DNA of 64,000 nucleotides. Origin: Octopus sinensis. Lineage: Eukaryota. The DNA is taken from the NCBI RefSeq assembly GCF_006345805.1, contig NC_042998.1, positions 204,910,001-204,974,000 of the forward strand, written 5' to 3'. Made by a program: the position numbers and the translations under genes. The notes under the pieces were generated by a model that saw nothing but the letters and a program-made list of their open reading frames with translations, ran no database searches and was not told the DNA's origin. Positions within the stretch are counted from its first letter, which is position 1, and each line of letters begins with the position of its first letter. Positions 1-11,015 of the stretch are shown piece by piece.

Positions 1-185
1 GCCACTGCAAGCCCAGTCTACATGCTAGATATAGCAGCCGAATGTCTCAAAAAAACATAAAGATACATTAGGCAATGAAGTTCTAGTTATCCATAAATGG
101 GGTGGTCATGGCTTGATCAGTATTGACCTATGGCTAAACAATATTCACATCATCATCATAATTTACTGATAAATCTGAAGATATA

Positions 186-805
186 TTTTACTTGTTTCAT
201 TCATCAGACTGTGGCCATACTGGGGCACCACTTGAAGAATGTTTAGTCAAATTAACTGACCTCAGTGTATATTTTTCAAGCCTGGTACTTATTCTATCAG
301 TCTCTTTTGCCAAACTGTTAAGTTAACGGGACATAAACACACCAACACACACACGCCCATCCATATGGGATCCCACATATGTATGTATGTATGTGTATAA
401 ATATATATATATATATATATATATCCCGGAGTATGCACATAAATGTGAAACAAGTTGGAAAAAAGAGTACTCAAATACCAGAGGTAGAGTAACACGCTTT
501 ATTTAAAAGCAGCAAAAATATAACAAAAGCTGTTACTCAGAGCTTCACGTTCCCGTTTGTCTGAGTAACAGCTTTTGTTATGTTTCTGCTGCTTTTAAAT
601 AAAGCATATATATGTATGTATGTATGTATATATACATATATATAAATACATGATGATCTTTCCGTTTCTGTCTACCAAATCCACTCTTACAAGGGGCTTT
701 GGTCATCCCAAAGCTTTACTAGAAGACCCTTGCTCAAGGTGTTACGTGGTGGGACTGAACCCAAAACCAAGTGGTTGGGAAACAAGCTTCTTACCACACA
801 GCCAC
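186..805 (-). mobile_element. tRNA-derived SINE family S1, with a palindromic insertion in its central microsatellite
   Basis: Reverse complement matches the full S1 copy at 39141-39537: head gtggctgtgtggtaag...ggttcagtccc, tail ccagcatggcc-cagtc-aatgactgaaacaagtaaaa. Confidence 0.8.
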
Positions 806-828
806 AAATATCTAAATACACACACACA

Positions 829-1130
829 CATCATCATCATCGTTTAACGTCCGCTTCCATGCTGGCATGGGTTGGACGGTTTGACTGGGGTTTGGGAAGC
901 CAGAAGGCTGCACCAGGCTCCAGTCTGATCTGGCAGAGTTTCTACAGCTGGATGCCCTTCCTAATGCCAACCACTCCATGAGTGTAGAGGGTGCTTTTTA
1001 CATGCCACCGGCACGGAAGCCAGTGAAAGCGGCGCTGGCATCGGCCACGTTCGAATGGTGCTTTTAATATGCCACCAGCACAGGTATCACAACTACAATT
1101 TCCATTTGATATTTATTTTGATGTTGATGT
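829..1130 (-). mobile_element. S3 SINE or non-autonomous retroelement with an RTE-like 3' end and (GAT)n tail
   Basis: Shares gagtggttggcgttaggaagggcatccagctgtagaaac...ggacgttaaacgatgatg with 5000, 5925, 7718 and 9592; this tail resembles RTE-clade 3' UTRs (from recall). Confidence 0.75.
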
Positions 1131-1887
1131 ACTTGACACACACACACACATACACACACACACAGAGTTTGCATGTGTGTATGTATACACACATTTACAT
1201 GCATTATATACATGTATTTGTATGTGTGTGTATGCGTTTTGTTTTTTCCCCTTGAGGGGTCTGGCTAAAAACCCTGAAACAAGAACCAACATCTAAATTT
1301 CTAAATCTATTTTAATCCATTTTATAATCAGGAATAAGTAATATAAACGAGCAAACGAGGTTTCATTAAATGTGGAAAACTGCCAGATCTTCTACAACAG
1401 CTGCAAACATCTTTAAACAATTCCCAACTTCGTTTAACAAACAAACAAAAAAAAAAAAAAAAAAAACCCTACTATTTTGTTTCTTTCTTTATTGTATTTT
1501 TCTCTCTTTTATCCCCAGAATAACTGAAAGCTTTTAAAAAAACCTTAGTATTTCTCTTCAAAATTTTGTCGTTAAATTTAAATTTGGTTATTAAATAGCA
1601 GTTAAAAATGCCTTCGTTTGAAATCCTTAAATAAGTTCTCCCAAAACTGTTTATGTTGCCAGCAGCCCAACACAGAAGCTATTTAGACGATGATAGCTGC
1701 TTGCTGGGCCTTTCCTCTTTCTCAAATATTCCCCTAACCAAAGCTGTGCCAAATTTAGCAGCCCCCTTTTTTCTATGAAAGATACCTCCCTCCCTACAAA
1801 ATATCGCTTAACTTAGATCTGGGTTTGTTCGTACATTCATGAGAATCTCTACAGAACATAATAATAACCCTTAAAAAACACACAGAT

Positions 1888-2267
1888 TTCTCTTTCTTTC
1901 TCTCTTTAGACTGCGACCATGCTGGGGCACCACCTTGAAGAATTTTAGACAAACAAATCGACTCTGTTATTTTTCTTCTTTTAATCTTGATACTTATTCC
2001 ATCAGTGTCTTTTGTCAAACTGTTAAGTTATAGAGACGTAAACACACCGACACCAGTTCTCGGGTGGTGGTGGAGGGGGTTAAAATACACACACATACTC
2101 ACAAATATTATATATCTACGACATGCTTCTTTCAGTTTCCCTCTACCAAATCCACTCAAAAGGCTTCATCTACCCAAGGCTGTTGTAGAAGGTGCCATGC
2201 AATGGGACTGAACCTTGACCCATGTGAACGGGAAGCAAGCTTCTTACCACACAGCCATGCCTGCCCC
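1888..2267 (-). mobile_element. S1 SINE copy
   Basis: Colinear with 39141-39537 in reverse orientation. Confidence 0.8.
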
Positions 2268-2374
2268 TATAAATAAAAACCTTTTAAAAAAGGGAATCCC
2301 AGTTCTACATCTATTATCTACAATTGTAAATTATTCAAATGCGATATTTGCATTGTTAATAAGAATATTGGAAC

Positions 2375-2620
2375 AGGGATATGGCATAGTGGTTAAAAGC
2401 ACAGGCTACTAACCCCAAGATTCCAAGTTCAATTCCAGGCAGTGACCTGAATAATAATAATAATATCAAAAAATACCTTAGGAATGAGAACCCAGGTTCA
2501 AAATTTCCCCAAGACACCTGATGAAGGCTGGAGGGTATATCAGCTGAAATGTTGTGTTAACAACAAACAAGATGAGGACAAATATCCGTCAAATATAAAT
2601 AATATAAATTTAAAATAATT
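2375..2620 (+). mobile_element. tRNA-headed SINE-like element carrying a hammerhead motif and a Penelope-like tail
   Basis: A box TGGCATAGTGG 2382-2392, B box AGTTCAATTCC 2426-2436, (AAT)n linker, CTGATGA...GAAA at 2518-2549; the 3' part recurs inverted at 52303-52360. Confidence 0.65.
2513..2558 (+). ncRNA. Minimal type-I hammerhead ribozyme with two CpG-type decays
   Basis: Stem I gacac/gtgtt, core CTGATGA, extra A, stem II ggctg/cagct, GAAA, then TGTT where CGTT is expected. Confidence 0.65.
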
Positions 2621-2695
2621 TTGTTATCAGTTTTGGATTAGAAAATGAAAACAACACTGCTATGACAGAATTATCAGCTAACAACAATAATAATT

Positions 2696-3091
2696 GTTTC
2701 TACTACAGACACAAGAGCTGAAATTTTGGGGTAGGGGGATAGTTGATTACACTGACCCCAGTACGTAACTGGTACTTAATTTATCGACCCCCGAAAGGAT
2801 GAAAGGCAAAGTCAATCTCGGTAGAATTTGAACTCAGAACGTAGCGGCAGACGAAATACCTATTTCTTTACTACCCACAAGGGGCTAAACACAGAGAGGA
2901 CAAACAAGGACAGACAAAGGGAAAAAGTCGATTATATCGACCCCAGTGCGTAACTGGTATTTATTTAATCGACCCCGAAGGGATGAAAGGCAAAGTCGAC
3001 CTCGGCGGAATTTGAACTCAGAACATAACGGCAGACGAAATACCGCTAAGCATTTCACCTGATGTGCTAACAATTCTGCCAACTCACCACT
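2696..3091 (-). mobile_element. S2 SINE, dimeric form
   Basis: Two tandem ttctgagttcaaattc...gactttgcctttcatcctttcggggtcgataaatta modules; same junction (aaagaaata/ggtatttcgtctg) as 38714 and 54686. Confidence 0.85.
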
Positions 3092-4049
3092 TTAACAACA
3101 ACAACAACAACAACAGCAACAACAACAGTAACAACAACAGCAACAACAACAACAACAACAAGTGGTGGTAATGTTTAGAGATGGCAGTGCCAGGAAGAGC
3201 AAGTTTGGTCAAGAACCTGAAATAACACAGATGTTGACTCATCAGTAGAATTAGCTCTTCAAGAGGATGGCACTTGTCTTTGCAATGAAATATTGTCCAT
3301 TGATAACTGTGACTTGTGGAACAAACTTATTAACCCCAACAGCCACGTTTGATGTTTCCCTCTTCAGTCTTGGTTTTGCTTGGAATTCTAGTCATTCTAA
3401 GGGAGTCAAGGAGGGCAGAACTGGAACACATTACACAAATAACAATGGTAGATGTTCAGCAATAGTGTAGTAGTAGTAATAGTAGTAGTCGTTTCAAATT
3501 GTGGTACAAAGTCAGAAATTTCGGTGGGGTGGGGGAGTTGATTTCAGTGGAATTTGAACTCAGAACCTAAAGATGGACGGAATGCAAGTATGCATTTTGC
3601 CCAGTATGCTAATGATTCTGCCAGCTCATTGCTATTATTAATAATAATAGTCTTGGACCCTTCTGACGAAGACAATTTATGAGGGTTCAATTTTTGGCCA
3701 AATGTCCTGCACAAATGATTTGTTTCTAGAGATCAATGGGTACTCAAGAAAACCCGTACTTCACAGCAGAAGTGTTACATCTGCTCCCCCTGGAGAAGAT
3801 GATTGGCCTGCAAAAGTGTTGTGCTGGGGCTATGGGGAAAACACTCATGCCGGTGCCACATAAGAGTACCCAGCACACTCTATAAAGTGGTTGGCACTAA
3901 GAAGGACATCCAGCCATAGAAACCCTGCCTGGTACTTATTCTATCACCTGTGCTGGTGGCACGTAAAAATGGATGCTAAATGATTGTCCAACCCATGCCA
4001 GCAGAAAGCAGACATTAAACAATGACGATGATTACAATCATCCTCATCA

Positions 4050-4052
4050 TCA

Positions 4053-4110
<58 letters not shown>

Positions 4111-4154
4111 CATTATTATTATTATTATTATCATTATTATTATTATTATCATCA

Positions 4155-4200
<46 letters not shown>

Positions 4201-4218
4201 CATTATTATTATTATTAT
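4050..4218. repeat. (ATT)n/(ATC)n microsatellite
   Basis: Direct reading; source of the poly-N/Y/I ORFs. Confidence 0.95.
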
Positions 4219-4549
4219 ATAAACTTATTGTTTGGCACAAACAGCTCTAAAAACACTTTTACCAAAGAGAATTATTAGAATTACTGCAATTATAATTTCT
4301 ATTTAAACATTTATAATTTGTAATTAAACCAAACGAATGAGAACAACTCAGCAGTTTTTAATTACAAATCTCTGTTGGACATTTGATTTCTTTTGTTGAA
4401 ACAATTAAATATTTAACGAATATACTTTTGATTTTTTTTTACTTCTTATTTTCATTGTTTTTGGTTTACTTATAATTAATGACAAATATGAACTGCAGTC
4501 AGGCCTAATCTCTTAATGTGTGTGTGTGTGTTTCTTAAGTATGTGTGTG

Positions 4550-4598
<49 letters not shown>

Positions 4599-4614
4599 TC
4601 ATACATATATATGT

Positions 4615-4980
4615 CTTTTACTTGTTTTAGTCATTAGTCTGCATCCCAGCTGGAGCATCGCCTTGAAGAATTCCTCATAGAATCAATCGACTCCAGTACT
4701 TTTTTCCTTTTCTAGCCTGGTACTTATTCCTATCACTTCCCATTTGTCAAACCACTAAGTCATGGGTATATAAACAGACCAACACCATTTGTCTAGTGGC
4801 AGTAAGGGACAAACACACACACACACACACATATTGGGCTTCTTTCAGTTTCCATCTATGAAATCCATTCACAAGGTTTTGGTTGACCCAAGATAAAAGT
4901 AGAAGACCCTTGCCCAAGGTGCAACACAGTAGGACTGAAACTAGAACCGTGTTTCTTACCACACAGCCATGCCTGCACCT
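4615..4980 (-). mobile_element. S1 SINE copy
   Basis: Colinear with S1 in reverse orientation. Confidence 0.75.
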
Positions 4981-4999
4981 ATACATACATACATATATA

Positions 5000-5470
5000 T
5001 ATCATCATCATCATTGTTTAACGTCCATTTTCCATGCTGGCATGGTTTGGACGGTTTCACTGAGGACTAGCAAGCCAGAAGGCTGCGCCAGGCTCCAATC
5101 TGATCTGGTAAGGTTTCCACGGCTGGATGCGCTTCCTAACACCAACCACTCCAAGAGTGTAGTGGGTGCTTTTCACGTGCCACAAGCACAGGAACCAGTT
5201 AAGTGGCACTGGCATCGACCATTTTCTGATGGTGCTTTTTACATGCCACAGGCACAGGAGGTGGTTGGGGGACTGGCATCGATCACATTTGGATGGTGCT
5301 TTTTACATACCACTAGTACAGGTGCCAATCAGGCTGCACTGGCATCAACCCATGCTTGAATGGTGCTTATTACATGCCACCAGCACAGGTGCCACTGGCA
5401 TCGGTCACAACTACAATTTCCATTCCTGATTTCGATCTTGATTTTATTTGACTCAGTAAGTCTTCTCAAG
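5000..5470 (-). mobile_element. S3 element with internal tandem units
   Basis: (CAT)n at 5000-5014 followed by the reverse complement of the S3 body with repeated gtgcttttacatgccac units. Confidence 0.7.
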
Positions 5471-5924
5471 CACAGCATATCATCACCTGATGATTTAAGG
5501 GTACTTTTAAATGGGCCAGACATGCAACACTGGTATAGGCTATGGCTGTGATCTCACTTTACTTGCTGGTTATATATATATATATATACATATATATATA
5601 ACCAGGAAATTATTTTATAATTTTTACCAAATCAAATGGAAAAATATAATGAACTGTAAATGCCAAACAAGGGTTCAATCGAGACATTACATGTGTTGTG
5701 ATTGATTACATGTGGTGATTGCTTTTGGTGTTATTTTTAATTCTCTAAACAAGAATAAACACAGATCAACAACCATTAGCTAAGCATGATGAAGGCTTAA
5801 AAACATGAACTGGTCGAGGGTAATATTGGTGAATGATTTCGGTAAATAATAGACTTTAGAGAAATTGGTAGTAAGAACCAGAGACAATATTTACAAAGAT
5901 CAACTGATGCCATCGTATTATTAA

Positions 5925-6392
5925 TGCTTTTGAGCCAGTGACACATAAAAGGGCACCATTTGAGTGTGATTGTTACCAGAGTCGCCTTACTGGCATTTGT
6001 GCCCCGTGCTAGTTGGGTGCCAAGAGCACCATCCGAGAGTGATCATTGCCAGAGCAGCCAACTGGCTTCCATGCTGGTGGCACGTAAAAGGGCACCATTC
6101 GAGCGTGATTGTTACCAGTGTCGCCTTACTGGCACCTGTGCTGGTGGCATGTGTAAAAAGATTTGAGCGAGGTCATTGGCAGTACTGCCTGACTGGCCCC
6201 CATGCCGGTGGCATGTAAAAAGCACCCACTACACTCTCGGAGTGGTTGGCGTTAGGAAGGGCATCCAGCTATAGAAACTCTGCAAGATCAAGACTGGAGC
6301 CTGGTGCAGCCATCTGGTTCGCCAGCCCTCAGTCAAAATCATCCAGCCTATGCTAGCATGGAAAGCGGACGTTAAACAATGATGATGATGAT
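5925..6392 (+). mobile_element. S3 element with about 4 internal 60-70 bp units
   Basis: Repeated ggcacgtaaaagggcaccatt units, then the RTE-like tail and (GAT)n. Confidence 0.8.
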
Positions 6393-7717
6393 TATTGGTT
6401 TCAAATTTTGGTACAAGAGAATGGGGGTGAGTCGATTAGATGAACCCGGCTTCCTTTCAACTCCTGCTTATTCTATTAAGTGTGGAGGGATGAAAGGTAA
6501 AGTCGACCACAGTGGAATTTGAACTCAGAACGTAAAGGCAAATGAAATACTGCTAAGCATATTGCCTGGCATGCTAATGGTTCTGGCTACATTGACCACG
6601 GAAAGCTGAAAAGTTGACCCTCATAGAATTAGAACTCAGAACAGTAGAATAACCAATATAGAAATGGTAAATCTCAATGTCTTATTGTTTTCTAGTATTG
6701 ATTAATTTTGATTTGGCAGGTTTTAAGAAATAGGAAATCTGTGCTGTGGCATTCATACCTTTCCCGAGGAAGTTGGTGTTGAAAATAAAATGGTTTTTAC
6801 TGTCAGAACGCACTAAAACTGGTTCCTTGTGAAAATCTTAGAAATTTTCCCTTCTTACTTTTACATCGCATTTAACCATTCCCATGGCACCGATTAAACA
6901 TTCCTTATTTATTCATCCTTACAGAAAGGTTCCTGAAATAGTTTTCTTCATACAATCCTAAACCTAACCCCAAAACAAACCCTGTTATGAGTGAGTGTGT
7001 GTGTGTGTGTGTGCATGTGTGAGAGAAAGAGTGTGTGTGTGTAGGGGCGTTTGAACACAACTCTTACTAAAGCTGTGTAAAGCACAAATTTATCGCATTT
7101 TTAACACACACACACACTAACACAGAGTGTGTGAGAGAAAGAACAAGATCAGATTTGTTTGTGGTGTAAGCTAATCCAATGGCTCCGAGTTATTTTAGAA
7201 AGTTAGAAAGAAATCGTTTGAGGGTCGGCACCAAGTCTTATTTCTGAAAGTTGTGTAAAGTTTTTAGAAAAGGAATAAAAAGATGGAGAAATTGTGATTA
7301 AAATGTTCAGAACAGTTTCAAATAGCATTTTATATTCACACACACATAGACATACAGATATACACACACTTATCCTCACATCATACACACACAAACACAC
7401 ACACACACACACAGGTTTTGAGGTATGAACTTGAAGAAGCTTACTTTTTAATTAATATGCAAATAATGTTAATTGCAAAGAGTTTTTAGGTGTTTAAGGT
7501 TAGGTTTTCAAGTGTTGTTGCTATTAGCAACACAAAAAAGATAGAAAGAGACTGAGAGGTGAATGATGTCTGACATGCAACTGGTTTTATAGGGAGAAGA
7601 AACAGAGGCATCTCTCTGAGGAAACGTCTTAGAATTTTGGACCCAAATTAGCTACAATTACTGTTGTTGTTGTTATTATTATTATTATTATTATCATTAT
7701 TATTATTGTTATTTCAT

Positions 7718-7995
7718 CGCCAGTGCTGCCGGACTGGCTCCTGTGCAGGTGGCACGTAAAAAGCACCATTTGGACATGGCCGTTGCCAGTACCACCTGAC
7801 TGGCCCTCGTGCCGGTGGCACATAAAAAGCAGCCACTACACTCTCGGAGTGGTTGGTGTTAGGAAGGGCATCCAGCTGTAGAAACTCTGCCAGATCAGAT
7901 TGGAGTCTGGTTCACCAGACTTCAGTCAAAATCGTCCAACCCATGCCAGCATGGAACGCGGACGTTAAATGATGATGATGATGATGATGATGATT
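7718..7995 (+). mobile_element. S3 element, 5'-truncated
   Basis: Same tail and (GAT)n end. Confidence 0.8.
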
Positions 7996-8624
7996 GTTGT
8001 CATCATCATCATCACCATCGTTAAAATGACGAGCAAACGTTAAGTTTTAAGTTTCTGATAAACTGGAACAGCAATGAGGTTTCAATTCCTGGTTGATTCC
8101 CAGTTTACACCAGATGCAAAGAATTCTGTGCCCAGTTAGAAAGAAAATATCCCCCTCCTCCTCTACAACAACAGCAACAAAGAATGCCAGACTAAACAAT
8201 GTTTTAGAGTACTTATAAAAAACCGTTTCCCTTTTACTTAAATCTAAATAAAGTTATACCAAAGTGGAATGAATCCTGTTTCGACAGCATAGGGACTGCT
8301 AGGTGGAAGCCGGATCTGCTAAAAACAGTCACTAAAATCTCCCTCAAATCACACCCTACTCTCATAAAAAAAAAGGAAGTATATTTAATCTTTGATACAG
8401 TATGCCTGAATAAAAGACAGGATGGTCACAGCTGGAATATCTTTCATCAGAGATCAGCTGAAACTAGTACTAAACAACAAGTATGAGGTAATAATATATG
8501 GTGGGAGGCAGGGTTGGCTATCCTTGTTCCTCTCTGCTAACCAACTTAGATCACAAAATCATCATCATCATCATCAACATGAACAATATGGTGTCCCTTC
8601 ACACTAACAAACCTTTTTAATTAA

Positions 8625-8641
8625 TGCCACCAGATGGCGAC
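8625..8641 (+). promoter_or_regulatory. CTCF-like motif in unique sequence
   Basis: TGCCACCAGATGGCGAC matches the CCACCAG-R-KGGCG core; motif only, no functional data. Confidence 0.35.
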
Positions 8642-9026
8642 TGGAGACTGGACTAAAATTACTCTCTACTCCACCAAATGTCTGTTGACATTAACAAAAA
8701 GGTTTCCTCTGAAAAGTTTTCCTTGTATTAGGGTTAGAAAGATGTTAAACCTGGCACCATTTCGTTGAGATTGTCCTAACATTTAAACAGAATTCTGTTT
8801 AAGAAATTTGAGAAATGGAGTCAATTTTTAAATATGGACTTAAAAATATTGACATAAGGGGCTGAGGTGAGAGAGAGAGAGAGAGAGATAGGAAGACAGA
8901 CATTTATGAAGTTGTGTAGAGAGAGCATCAGCATCATCATTCAATGTCTGTCATCCATGCTGACGTCTGTTGTATAGACCAGCCATGCTGGAGCAGTGCC
9001 TTGAAGGTTTCGGCAAACAGATTGAC

Positions 9027-9191
9027 CAGTGGTTCCCAACCTTTTCACTAATAAGGACCCCTTTTATTTAAATGAGTTTTCCCACGGACTCCAGGATATT
9101 CAAAGGTCTGTCAGCTTAACATGTTCACAGATACCTGGTACTACCTCTGCGGACCCCTGGTGGTCTGCAGACCACAGGGTGGGAACCACTG
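9027..9191. mobile_element. hAT-type MITE (165 bp) inserted in an S1 SINE
   Basis: TIR CAGTGGTTCCCAACC / GGGTGGGAACCACTG; decayed 8-bp flanks agattgac/agggtgag; S1 sequence on both sides. Confidence 0.8.
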
Positions 9192-9591
9192 AGGGTGAGA
9201 CCCCAGGAGTTACTCTTAGTCTGGTACTTATTCTACCGGACCCTTTTTTCCAAACTGCTGGTCATGGAGATGTAAACAAACCAACATTGGTTGCCAACAA
9301 ATGAAAGACAAACACAAATACACACACACATGCTGAGCTTCATTACAGTTTCTATCCACCAAATTCTCTCACGAGGCATGGGTCAGTTTGGTGTTAAAAT
9401 AGAAGACCCTTGTCCAGAGCAGAGGGCAGCAGGACAGACCCCAAAAGCAGATTTGTTCTGAAACAAATTCCTCAACTACAAGAAACGTTATTCCATTCTA
9501 AATCAGAAATATTCCTTGATGGGTGAGAGCTGGTGTTGTGGTGTTCATGCCTTTCCTATTCATCATAAGTGTGAATGAAATGATTCAAACA

Positions 9592-9770
9592 AAAAGCACG
9601 TAAAAACCACCCACTACACTCGCGGAGTGGTTGGCGTTAGGAAGGGCATCCAGCTGTAGAAACTGCCAGATCAGACTGGAGCCTGGTGCAGCCCCTGGCT
9701 TCCTAGACCCCGGTCGAACCGTCCAACACATGCTAGCGCGGAAAACGGACGTTAAATGATGATGATGATT
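9592..9770 (+). mobile_element. S3 3' fragment
   Basis: RTE-like tail ending ggacgttaaatgatgatgat. Confidence 0.75.
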
Positions 9771-10059
9771 GTCTACAGAAAATGGTCGAATGAATGTAGC
9801 AGCTTCCTGGTGGTCAGTTGACCTACAGAAAAGAGTAGTCAAACATCCCTCAACTTATGTTGTCTTGTTAAAGAAGGACACTTTGAAAAGTATAGTCATA
9901 TGTACTCAATGGTTAGGGTAAGACAAACAGGATGGTCATGGGTGGAAAGCCTCTGATTTGAGGTTTGCTCAATCCAGCTTGACCTGGGCTAAAGCAACTT
10001 TAAGAATTAAAGAGCCAATGTTTAGATTTTAATTTTATGGTCGAACAAGCCTCTTGCCG

Positions 10060-10148
10060 CTCTGGGTTTCACCTGTGGGTCCCCAGGAGCTTCAGGCAGA
10101 TGATGGCTTACCTGAAGATCCTGTGCACCCACAGGTGAAACTCCTGAG
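10060..10148. ncRNA. Unique hairpin, candidate pre-miRNA or exon/ECS duplex
   Basis: Arms 10064-10096 and 10111-10143 (33 bp, 3 mismatches, 1 G-U), 14-nt loop, basal ctc/gag extension; no second copy seen in the window. Confidence 0.4.
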
Positions 10149-10527
10149 TAACAACAGACTGACTCAACCAAAATAAAAATAATGTTAACCTTTTCTATGG
10201 TATTGAGTACTCTTTCTTCCAACAACCAACACTAAACATGTATGTGTGTGTGTATGTATATATATATATATATATATATATAGATTACCCTCAAAACACG
10301 AAGTAGACAAAACAGGGACAATAGAAGAAGGGGAATATTCCTTGTGTTGTATGTCTTGTACTCTGTTTTTTCATTGTTTGAAAAAAAGTTCGTTTCCATG
10401 TTTTTGTTTTCGTTTCTCATTGTGTTCAACGTTTTTTGGTGTCTTGTACCCATATACGCATGTATATATACATACAGATGTAGGTATGTACATAAATGTA
10501 TGTATATATGCATATGTTTATATACTA

Positions 10528-10922
10528 CTAGCAGTATCGCCCGGCGTTGCTCGGGTTTGTAAGGGAAATAATTATATAAGCATTTTTAGAGATGTAAAGT
10601 ATAATAGCCATCTCAATATGGCTAACCACAAAGGGGGAGGGGTGTTACTGTAGCTTTTTACGTTCTGAGATTTAATAATAAATTTTAGAGAGTTACTTCC
10701 CTTATATATGTCAAAAATGGATTAAAAATGGCAAAAATTGATGGTAATTTTTTTTTTAAATCGTAGACTCATCGTAGACGCTCGCTAATACCCAGACGGT
10801 CTCGATATGAATCACGACTATAAGATACCCGGTTTTGGTTAAACTGCACCGCAAAATGTGGGAGTAGTTAGGAATCTAAATCGTAGGAGACAGACACACA
10901 ACCTCACTTTTATATATAAAGA
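10528..10922 (-). mobile_element. Non-autonomous Helitron, family B
   Basis: A|TC 5' end, 3' hairpin cccgagcaacgccggg, then CTAG|T; homologous to 29321 and 49493. Confidence 0.9.
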
Positions 10923-11015
10923 TTTCCTCTATTTACATAATATTGAGGTCTTTCTTTCTTTTGTTATCTTACTGTTTTACCAATATACATATATATATAT
11001 ATATAAATATATATA

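Noticed and set aside
1657-1710. Short imperfect hairpin as a pre-miRNA
   Set aside because: The stem is only about 17 bp with several mismatches, too short for Drosha/Dicer geometry.
2377-2445. Possible tRNA gene
   Set aside because: A and B boxes are present, but the acceptor stem and anticodon arm do not close and there is no poly-T terminator; it is better explained as a SINE head.
3944-4278. Poly-Asn/Tyr/Ile ORFs, and similar IYLS, CV and ER-repeat ORFs throughout the track
   Set aside because: They are translations of microsatellites, with no splice context or domain content.
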